A DNA stretch of 63,829 bases, the filler included, from Folioceros fuciformis (lineage: Eukaryota), in assembly GCA_049999805.1 (NCBI GenBank). It is 5 parts of 5 records of this genome, joined end to end, with 100 filler letters (N's around TTAATTAATTAA, not from the genome) between each part and the next. Parts side by side here need not be neighbours in the genome. Positions count along the whole stretch, not along the records: positions 53,137 to 63,829 come from JBNGIO010003400.1; 4 more parts are not named here. One strand, 5' to 3'. Below the pieces are notes generated by a model, which did no database searches, was not told the origin of the DNA, and saw only the letters and a program-made list of their open reading frames with translations. The translations under genes were made by a program, and so were the position numbers. Shown piece by piece: positions 54,085 through 63,829 of the stretch. Position 1 is the stretch's first letter, and each line of letters opens with the position of its first letter.

Positions 54085-54602
54085 TGGTATTAGTCTAGTT
54101 GAGGGACTCTTGCCGAGTGTGGGGGGAGTCCATAAAAAAGTGTGGAAGGTGGTTGTGTTGCTGTTAGTACTGGAATGAGTGAGTCATTGAATGGATGAGT
54201 GAGTGAGGAAAGTCGTAGACCTGAGAGATTAGAGCCGTTGTAGTGGTTGTAGTGAGTTTGTCGGCACTGAGAGGGTAGGAAAACAACTGGGCAACGAGGA
54301 TTGTTCCATGCTTGATCAGAGCTAGAGGGGAGCCCTTAAATCTGTCATCGAGTTAATGTGAGTGTTTTGAAGGTGTGAGGACTGTCCAGTTATAAAGGTA
54401 CCGTTCTTAATTCATATCCCTTGGGGTTGGTAGCCTGCTATGGGCTGTGCGTGTAGTAAGTCTGACCCTCCATCCGTAGCAGCGAGGAACCTCATCACTC
54501 TTTCGTGGGAATGAAACCCAATGCCTTAACGATAGTGGGATAAGTGTGGACACTAGAGGTTGAACTCTTTGGCATACAGTTGCCTGGGGTTTTGCCACCA
54601 CA
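54085..54602 (+). mobile_element. Dispersed LTR-like repeat, copy B (contains a 99-bp GT-AG segment)
   Basis: Colinear with 13305-13731 except for the extra segment 54358-54456. Ends ...ggggttttgccaccaCA. Confidence 0.65.
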
Positions 54603-54769
54603 AAAAGTAGTGCTTTGAGCAATAGCGCTAGAAAGGAATAAGGTTCTCTTGGTTGAGCTGAGCAAAACTCAAGGACATGTGAAGAAGAAAGATAAAGGGA
54701 ATGGAAGAGATGTGGTTTCCATTTTGAAACAAATGTTGTTATGTGAGCATTAAAGTGTGAAGACTAAGG

Positions 54770-55187
54770 GCTAGGAAGAGAGTGTGAATATGTCTAGGTG
54801 CGGAGTGATCATGTCATTGAGATCGCGCCAAAGGCAAGAGAGTATTGGCCTAGGAAGAGAGCGTGAATATGTCTAGGTGTGGAGTGATCATGTCATTGAA
54901 ATCATGCCAATGGAGTAGAAAGAGAGCATGAATATGTCTAGGTGTGGAGTGATCATGTCACTGAGATCACGCCAAAGGCGAGAGAGTATTGGNNNNNNNN
55001 NNTGAGATCACGCCAAAGGCGAGAGAGTATTGGACTAGGAAGAGAGCGTGAATATGTCTAAGTGTGGAGTGATCATGTCATTGAGATCACACCAAAGGCG
55101 AGAGAGTATTGGCCTAGGAAGAGAGCGTGAATATGTCTAAGTGTGGAGTGATCATGTCAGTGAGACCAAAGGCAAGAGAGTATTGGG
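54770..55187. repeat. Tandem repeat, unit about 79-80 bp, at least 5 copies, 10-N gap inside
   Basis: ctaggaagagagcgtgaatatgtctaggtgtggagtgatcatgtcattgagatcacgccaaaggcgagagagtattgg repeated head to tail with no unique spacers. Confidence 0.95.
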
Positions 55188-56873
55188 CTTGATGACAAAC
55201 CTATAATTATGGCTATAAACAATCGGCTGGAGTACTGACAAAGTGGGTCATGCCACTGTTGGACTCGACTTCAACATGTGTGGTTTTTGAGGCAATTTAC
55301 TTCAACATGTGTGGCAATTTAATCAATTGGGGGGAACTTTCGATGTTCTTTGGAAACATGTTCCTTTGGGAATGAACGTATCTTGTTTTACCTCGATAGG
55401 TCTACTAGATGGGGATAGTGCTCCACAATAGCTCTTATTGTGTAACAAGCACAACAACCTCGAGAAGGCAACCTTTATAATCACAACTACTCCCTAACCC
55501 TGAAGGTAATAAAAAACTTCTAGCTACTTTGCCCTACTACCTCATTAAGCATCCTCTTCGAGATTACGTCATACTACTTTATTAAGCATCCTCCTCGATT
55601 CTTCTCTAGCAATAGGATTTGGAGGAGGTTGATAGCTTGTCATGTCCATAAGGTCTCCATCCACACCTACAAATGATCTTTAAGTCTACAAATGGGCTTG
55701 TAATATGGGCAAACAGCCACCAATAGGCATGAGTGTAGTTAATTTGTACACAACAATCCTTTGATAAGGCTATGAAGTTGGAACTTTGTAGGCCTTATTC
55801 CTTACGTCTTGGACCTTATTTCTTATCTCTTGGAGTTTTTGAGCCACGAACTTGCACACCCGTGGCTATTGTGCAAGTAGGTGGCTCATAAAGTCTTTAA
55901 AGGATCTCGTTCTAGGAGACAAACGTGTCGTAAAAGGAACCATATACATAAAAAAAGAAAGGACATATACGTAAAAATATAAAAAGATCATACACATAAA
56001 AAGATATATGTACTTCAATCGTGGTGGTGGCCAATATGCGCACCGGCCGCCAATAGGCACACTCGCTCCCAAGTAACCGCCCCCGAATAAGCCCGCGGAT
56101 CCTCCAAGCCCCGCTCCCTGGGGACCTCACAGTCGGATGCGATATACCTCCTCATCTCCGCCGCATAGCGGTTTTGAGGGCTACCTTTTTGAAAAAGGGC
56201 TAGAACTTTAAGGTGTATATCTGTCTATCTAATTCCTCCGTCATTCAATGGTATCCGAAGGAGATGCAGAGCAAACGCAATCCCGTTTCCTACTACACAT
56301 TAGGCTTAGGGTTTACATGAATTATGCCTGCACTGGAGATGCATTCGTCCGTACGATAATGTGAGGCGGAATCCCTGCAACTTTGCAGCTAGGGTCAGTG
56401 CTGCGGCACGATTCCCAATTCCCAATCCAAGCAGACTGCGGCCATCAGGAGCCCATTGACTGTGACACAATATCCCCACTCACACGCGCACCAACTCGCG
56501 CCTGCTGTGCGTCACGACTCTCTGCCTCGCAGGCTCCTAATCTAGTAAAAACACTGAAATGCAACACCCCTGCAGTGCCATCAGGATCTGTAGGCTGCCT
56601 CAAAAACCCTGATCAGGATAACCTGATTGCAGCCAATAAGGCATCCAGCACTCCACTCACCCCTTGTGGAATATCTCATACTTGAAGAAGAAATTCCGCC
56701 CAAGAAGGACGTTCGGTGAAGATGAAGTGAGCACCGGAGTATTGTGCGAATATGCCTGGACCAGCATACTCTCCTAACGGATCGAGCTCAGATCCGCTGC
56801 GTAGTGCTCAATATGTGCTGGTTTGAGCTCCTCGCAGTCGTCTTCGGTGTTTGGTCCTTTCATCCCTGCGGAA

Positions 56874-58394
56874 ATGACTCGAACCGTTACTCTAAGCACC
56901 CCCCTCCTGAATCCCTGTCCCAGAGAGCAGAGGTTGCAGCCGACCAGACTCTATCCCCATTTGGTGCCTGGGCAGAAGCAGGGTCGCTTTACACTACGGG
57001 CCTCTGCTGAGCAGAACACTGGAATCCGACAACATGTAGCCAGGAGGGAGCTTTTGTTGTTTCCGCTGCTTCAGCTGTGCCTACCCGCGTTCGCACATGT
57101 CCAGGAGATGGCGGGCGTCTCGTTCAAGAACGATTTTTGGGGTTTGAGGCATGGGCGCAGCATTCCCAACGAGCAAGGCCTCATTGTGGCCCGCATGGTA
57201 GGCTATGGCATAGAACGAGATAGATGCCTTCAGATGTGACCAGAATTCAGCTGGAGCTTCGGCTGTCTACTATCACTCGGTTTTGTGGCTGTGATGTGAA
57301 CGGTGGGACTGCTTCTATTCTATTGCAGGAGAATGGGGTCTTGCCACAATACGAGCTTGCGCCCTTCGGGCTTGAGCAAGCACAAGCTGCGGGAAAGCTT
57401 TTGTCCAAGGTGAGTAAACAAGGTTTCTGCTACTCTGGAGCTTGAATCCCAACCGATGACAATAGTGAGGAAAGCAGCTGTTCTGGAGCTTGAATCCCAA
57501 CTCGATGACAGTAGTGATAGAGGACACGTTCTATGTGCTTGGGTGACATCCTGCTCAAAAACAGTTTGCCGATGTCAGTGACATGCTGTTCACAGTCTTA
57601 GGGTTGCTGATGCTTGTCTCAGGAGCTTCAAGATGCCGGTACACCGTTGGACAAGGTCCGAATCTATGCTTCCCCTTTCAGCCGGACAAAGCACACGGCA
57701 GAGGTTGTAGCCAGCGTCTTGGATCCAAGTGCAAGCGTGCTTCACGTTCAGGTATCGGTTGGTGCTTTGTCCTGGACCCATAAACCTGACGCCCAGCGTG
57801 CCATGTTTCTTAAATGTTGCTCCTTTTCTGCAGTTTTCGGACGACTTGCGTGAACGGTACTTCGGGCCAGAATTTGAGCTCCAGTCTCATGACTTGGTAA
57901 CCGCTGTTCGACAACAGAATTCGTCCCTGTTCCCTTTCTTTCCTACCTTGTTTGTGCCCTTAATTCCACACACACCCTTCACTCCCTCTGCAGTACAAAG
58001 ATGTTTTTAAGATGGATGAGCTGAACCCCATGGTCGGCCCCGAAGGTGGTGAGAGTGTGGCTGATGTTGCACGAAGAGTGTCCAGAGTAATCCTCGATCT
58101 GGAAAGCAAGCACGAAGGGTACTGTATCCAAATGCACACCATCTTTCCATCTTGCCCCATGCTTCCCTTCAACGGATGCTGAAATGCTTGCTTCCTCTCA
58201 GATGCTCAATCCTACTGGTGAGCCACGGTGACCCTCTTCAGATTCTCCAAACTGTGTTGGAAGAGGCGGTGACATTGGACAAGCAAGCATCCGAACCATT
58301 GTCGACGTGCTTCGAGAAGGCTCTGGTGCCTTCCGTCCTCGCTCTTCACAGCCGCCACCCATTTCAAACCGGCGAGCTCAGACGACTAGTCTGA
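56874..58394 (+). CDS. Histidine phosphatase / phosphoglycerate mutase-like protein (multi-exon)
   Basis: FWGLRHGRSIPN (RHG catalytic motif), IYASPFSRT, LRERYFG, GGESVADV and LLVSHGDPLQILQT. It has an N-terminal targeting-like extension and a second ATG at 57108. Confidence 0.9.
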
Positions 58395-59438
58395 CGATTC
58401 TTGACCATGCCAGCCAAGAGTTGGGGAAGCATGTGCCCCATGCACAAGACGACATGCCTGGCTCAACCTCTGGAAGTATCACTACTACTTCAAGCTCTCA
58501 TGTCACTGCAGAAACTTAAGCTTGAAGGGAATTCCTTCTTTAGCCTTCTTCCTCAGATACTGGTTGCACCTGTTTCCTCGAGAAGACGGCACCAATTAGA
58601 AAACGTCTTTCCCCCTTGCATTTCACGTGATTAAATTGGAGGTTCCGGACCCTTTCACTGTGCGATCACTGCCTGGACCGTGACACGATTCCGCCGACTA
58701 TTTTAACCGGCGCTGTTGCTCGCCGTCAGAAATTGACGTCTCGGGACGCGCGCGATGGAGCGTTGTGCATTTACGTGTCGAGAGGCAACTTGGCGATTGT
58801 AAGGCTGGCGATTTGATACCCACTTTAATACACTCCGACAGGGCAAAGGGTTGCAGGTGTTTAGCGCCGAGCGGCGTCCCCTCCGGCTTGACCATCCGGA
58901 CATCTGTCGTTGTCTTTCTCTTCACGTCCCAACGCGAAACTTTTGACGCGGCTATGGTGGTGTCCTTGCTGCCGCCCTGGTGCAACCAGTTAGCAGCTAC
59001 GCTGCCCCGGGTAGGCACGGTGATGTCGCGTTTATTGCCCGGACAGCTCGCTGTTCGGGCCGTCAGCGCTACGCTTTGCTTTGCCGGGGTTTGTGCGATC
59101 TTGCTCGGCTTTGGTTGTTGAGACAGCAGGTTTGATGCGTCTTTCTGCCGGATTTTTGTGTGCTAGCATCCGTACGGTTTGGCTTTGTGGCGGAATTGGA
59201 GTGGGAGCGTCGGGTCGTGAGTTTGAAGCGTTTTGAGAGGGGAAGGTTTGGTTTGTGTGATGGATTGTAGAGCGGGAGCATTGGTTTGGTGTCGATTGGT
59301 GGTGGATTTGTGAGGTGGAGGATCGGTCGGTGTGGTTCTGTGCCGGATCTTGCAGAAGGCGTGGAATGCGCGTTGTGTGTCACTTTAAAGTGTGCCGAGT
59401 TTTGAGACTTTGTTTGGCAGAGGTACGTGGAGGGGGCA

Positions 59439-61826
59439 ATGATGGCGTGCCGAAACAGGCCGCGACCACAGGACTTGCGGGCCTTGTGGAGGCTTACTTC
59501 GTGCCACCAGTCCGTTCGGACGTTTTGCGTGGATCAGGGGCTGCTACAGAGCTTCTCTTGGGGGCCTTCTCGAGCTACGGCAATTGGTGAAGATGTGTGC
59601 GATGATGTTGAGTCTGGAGGTGCGCATGGCGTGCCTATTCGGAAGGGCGAGCTGGGAGGCTGCGGTTGTGGAGATACACGAACGGAGTTGGCGCCCGCCA
59701 AGGGTTCCGAAGTTCGAGGATTGAAAGGAGTAAAATCCGACAAGGGTGCGGTCCGACGAGCGGAGGGCGCCTGTCTGCCGGGAACTGCAGCTGGCGCAGA
59801 AGTCTCAGCTTCGCTGGGAGTACCAGGTTCAAGAAACGAACATGAAGGAGACGGAGTACAGGTAACCGCGTTCAAAAGGCGAAGGCTCGATGAGGATGTG
59901 GCGGAAGGTATGGGGTCCCGGCATACTCGTTCCCGGGTCTCCGGTGATGATGGTGAGGATGCTTCTGTTGTCGGTGCGCCTTTCGGGAGAAAAAGTGAAG
60001 AGACGGGTTTGACAGCAGGACCTTCGAGGGTTCGAGGTGCAGAACGTGAAGCTCAAGACGCACGGAAGGCAGTTGAAGATGCGAAAGCGTCTGCCATGGC
60101 CGACCAATTGGTCGGGTTTTGGCTGAAGTGGTTGGACGAAGGTATGGTGGCTGGTAATGGTTACCAAGAATGGCCACCTCCCTTCCGGTGTTACGAGATC
60201 CCCTGGCAGAGGGAAATCCAGGAAGAGTTAGCGTGCCAGCAGGATCACAGCGGCATTCGTACCCATGACCCCCTCCAAACTTTGGGTGTAGACATTTTGT
60301 ACCTGATTCTCTCACATCTGAATGCTCACAGCTTGGCACGCTGCTCAGTCCTGTCGAAGGGTTGGAGGAAAGTGGCGTTGGACGACTACCTCTGGCGTCC
60401 GAAGGTTTGTGTAAAGTCGCGTGAAGTTGTTTTCTGCACTTTTATTCCTCTGTTTGCGTTGGTGGTAGACACTGTAGTGAGGCTGACTTGAAAAGGATTG
60501 CCGCAGTGCGAGCGTCTGTGGATTGGGAAAGCTCATTTGCCGCGTGCCGCAATGCTGGATGGTCTACCCAAGGCGGCAGTGTACTCCAAATCTGTACAGG
60601 ACTCGCGGCGTGTAAGTTGAATCATTGGGAACCCTTTTGGGCTCTAACAGACGTTACTGGTACTAATATTCGGGAAACAGGATCATCTCAACCTTGCTTT
60701 AAGTGTGAAACGGATGGCTTAACGTGAAAGACGACTGCAATCAAGATGGCAGCTGGAGGATCTGGCTTGTCTCGATTCGCTCAATTTGTGGCCTGTAACT
60801 TCGCCAACTAACAGTCTTTATGCCTCCGGTTGCAGGTGGACATCACCCAGGAGGATCTCTGTGATCATGAGTGGAGCTTCCGCTTCAAAAACGTAAGTAT
60901 CTTGATTATGGCCGTCAGACGCTGTAGGTTGCTTATGGATGTTAGGCGCTCTAGGTGTGATAACGTTTGCAGTGTCTTGTGGACAGTGGAATGGTTCTAG
61001 CATTCTAGTTTCAGGCTCTGTGGAAAGTTGAGCAGCTTTGATGCAGTCTGATGTTCCTTTTTACCGCTGAGGTTTCATTTCGTTGATGCGATGACTTGTG
61101 CGCTTGTCTAAACTCATGGAATAATGTGGTGCTACGTAGTCTCGGGCATGCATCTGAACGTCTGCAGAGTCGGGGCACACAGCGTTGTCGCCATTGTTAA
61201 GTTTTGGCTTCATGGAGGCTGTCGGTAGTAGAGGGTGAGCTTGTTTTTCGAATGCAGCTTGTTTTCCGAATGCAATCATCTGACTTTGCCCTTGCAAAAG
61301 ACTGTCCTACTGGCTATCTCACATTTTGGTCTTTGTCTGCAACAAGCAACACTATTGTGTTGCCCCCCTCTTCCTTGTGAGGGCTATCCCCCCTTCCTCC
61401 ATGTAATGAGGGCTATCCTCCTTCCTCGTATTCAGGGCTATCCCCACTCACTCCTTATATTGAGGGGTATCTACAGCCTGTCTGACCACGTACATGGGAA
61501 ATGTACAGTGTGCGCCAGCCTACTGGCTGAATCGGGATCCGAGCTGGCGAGGAGGTGGATCACCCATGAAGCGCTTCTTCCACCGAGACTGGTCGCATAC
61601 CGCTGGAGCCGACGATCTGGTCTGGGGAGGCCACGAGAGCAACTACACCCTCATTGAGGGGACGGCTGAGGATGGTACGGCCTCCCACCGGTATGTGAGG
61701 ATCAACCACTGGCCAGAGCTCTCAGTCGTCAGAAGGAAGGACTGGGGTTGGCAGCTGAGCAATCGCTTTTTCCTGTATCAGAGTGTTCCCGACTTCTGGA
61801 AGGCAGGCGGTACAGGCCCAACATAG
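59439..61826 (+). CDS. F-box protein (multi-exon)
   Basis: F-box DPLQTLGVDILYLILSHLNAHSLARCSVLSKGWRKVALDDYLWRPK. Later exons read CERLWIGKAHLP, ITQEDLCDHEWSFRFK and YVRINHWP...DWGWQLSN. Confidence 0.88.
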
Positions 61827-63182
61827 GTGCTTTGGTACTATTGATCTGTACCGCACACATGTCTGTACTTCATTTGCACAATCCACATGATTCGTCGTTT
61901 GTGCCTGTGCTTACAAGCAGCCAATTTTTGATAGAGAGGTGGGTGGCGTCGGGATTCTAGATGCTTCGTCTAACGCTTCACTAACAACTTATCACTGTTG
62001 TAGTTCTTGAAGTCTGTATGTTGAGTGCTCCGTACAGTTTATATAATCTCACACTGTGAGCACAGTCGTCCTCCGGAACGTCTCCTCTAAGACACCTCAC
62101 CGTCTGATTCCATTTGGTTAGATATGGTTAAAACTTTCTTCGTATAATTCACATTGTATAGTAAATATAAAGTGACTGTCTTAAAAGTGTATATAATTAC
62201 GGGAAAAATAACAAAGTATATCAGTATTTATATCGTCGTTCGCTTCTGTAGCAAATATGTAGGTATGCGTCTACGCTAGAGCACTCCAAGACTGTTTGGC
62301 AAGAGTTCAGCCCGTCCGGACAGCTTCTTCGTTTTCATTACATTCCCAGTCCGACGGAACCCTGCTGTTTCCCGTGTGAACTAAGCTGGCGTGGGAAGTA
62401 CTCGTAGACGGTCGTCCTCCGTCACCTCACCTGTGGTGGGATGTGCACAGAGAGAGACGGGTCTCGGTTCTTCGCAGCAGCACCCGCTCAAAGCACGCGG
62501 ACCAGACAGAGCACGTTGTGTCGGTGAAGATGATCTGCCGCGTTGCCGTCTCCTCGCAGCCTGCAGCTGTCTGGAGGAATCTGATCCTGTCCGCCGCGCG
62601 GTAGCGGGATCCCTTGTCTGCACGAGTGAAGCGTGTGGCAGCTGGTGCCTGCGGCCAAATTTGGAGGAGCTGGCCACGAGACGAGCTGAGCGGTCCCAAA
62701 CACCCAGATTCACGATCACCGGCGTTTTGCATTGTCTCTTCTCTGGACCTTTCGTTTCTCGAAGTTGAACCAGGTGAGGAACGTTGTCGGATTCATCTCA
62801 CTTGCGGCTCTGCTCGCTTTACGGCTGCTTTACGTTCTGTACGTGGGGTCCTGCTAGCTGCCGAGACTGTGATGCTTTGGTAGGGTTTGGTCGTCCAGGG
62901 TCAGTGGTTGTGCGGGGTGAATGTGAATTGTGGTGCTGCTTTGTGTGATCGCGCTGTGCTGTGGTTACCAGGAGTGGAGTTGAGAGGCATTTCGAGCTGC
63001 TCTCTGCTCGCTGTGCCTGTTCATGACAGTCCTTTGCCCTGTGATGTGGTTCAGTGGTTGCGAGCGGATTGCAGCTGCCTGCAGCTCCCGAGGCGGCTTG
63101 TCTGTTGTTGTTGGGAAGTAATCGGTCACGCGGGACTCGGACTGACGAAATAACGACATTACGTCAGAATTGCTAGGGCGTC

Positions 63183-63829
63183 ATGACCAACTTCGAGGAT
63201 GACGTAGTCAAGGTCGAGAAGGCAGTCGTGGACGCCAATGAGGAGCCTGAGAAAGACGGGTGGTCGACAGTGTCGTACAGCGATTTGCCGAAGACTGAAG
63301 AGGTAATTCGTGAGCCTCACAGACACGGCACTCTGGACTCCCAGTCCCGCTCCTGCTCCCACGAGGAGTGGATACTGACAGCTCGCTATAATCATTCGAA
63401 TGTTGGATAGAGAGGGAAGGGGAGGGAGGGGTGGGCCTGCTGACTCAGTTCGTGATCCCGTGCACACCTTTGTTGCGTGCAGGGAAAATCTACGGAGCTG
63501 GTACTCGAGAAGCAAGTCGAAGTAAAGATGGATGTGGACGGTGATAGCAGCTCAGATACGAAGGGGAAGAAGGAAGAGGACGTGGGGAGTGCGGAGAAGA
63601 AGCACAAGGCTGCAGATAGTGAGGGCAAGGAGGGTAAGGAGCACAAGGATGGAGGCAGCGATGATGCAGACAGCGGGCATGAAAAGACGAAGGACAGGGA
63701 CAGACAGATCGTGGACGAGGGTGGCAGGAAGGAGAAAGAGGTGGATGGAAAACCAGATGACGAGAAGGAAGGAAAGAAGGAGAAGAAGCACAAGGAGAAG
63801 AAGGAGAAATCAGATGACGAGAAGGAAGG
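63183..63829 (+). CDS. Partial highly charged (K/E/D-rich) low-complexity protein, runs off the window
   Basis: ATG at 63183 and a phase-0 GT-AG intron at 63303-63482, then an open frame GKSTELVLEK...KEGKKEKKHKEKKEKSDDEKEG. Confidence 0.65.

Noticed and set aside
54770..55187. Regular repeats resembling a CRISPR array (also 12412-12576)
   Set aside because: The units are head to tail with no unique spacers, there are no cas genes, and the context is eukaryotic.
57432..57518. Short duplications in introns (also 61360-61460) and intergenic DNA (37944-37980, 44170-44290)
   Set aside because: Ordinary slippage-type duplications with no evidence of function.

Overview
Gene-dense, intron-rich nuclear DNA from a non-seed land plant. 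A hornwort is the likeliest source (inferred from short ~80-170 bp introns, compact spacing and a WW-type PPR editing factor), but the sequence does not prove this. Four identical artificial spacers (44N-TTAATTAATTAA-44N) split the window into five segments whose adjacency is not guaranteed. Recognisable genes: two tandem frameshifted Mx-like DRP4 dynamins, a BSD-domain protein, RabG3/Rab7, mitochondrial ATP10, a truncated cationic amino-acid transporter, aminodeoxychorismate synthase, a PLS-class PPR with a degenerate WW-type DYW start, BRCC36, otubain, an MS5/SDI1-like TPR protein, a GASA/snakin peptide, an Hv1-like proton channel, an island-domain LRR-X receptor kinase, a histidine phosphatase, an F-box protein and a partial K/E/D-rich protein. 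Mobile DNA includes a decayed PIF/Harbinger element and two copies of an LTR-like repeat. The strongest unexplained signals are a 99-bp GT-AG intron precisely absent from one repeat copy, a pre-miRNA-like hairpin, an AT-AC minor intron in BRCC36, a catalytically dead WW-type DYW remnant and a twin-arginine lumen-type signal on the histidine phosphatase. I found no CRISPR array, rRNA or tRNA, and no clearly new multi-gene system.
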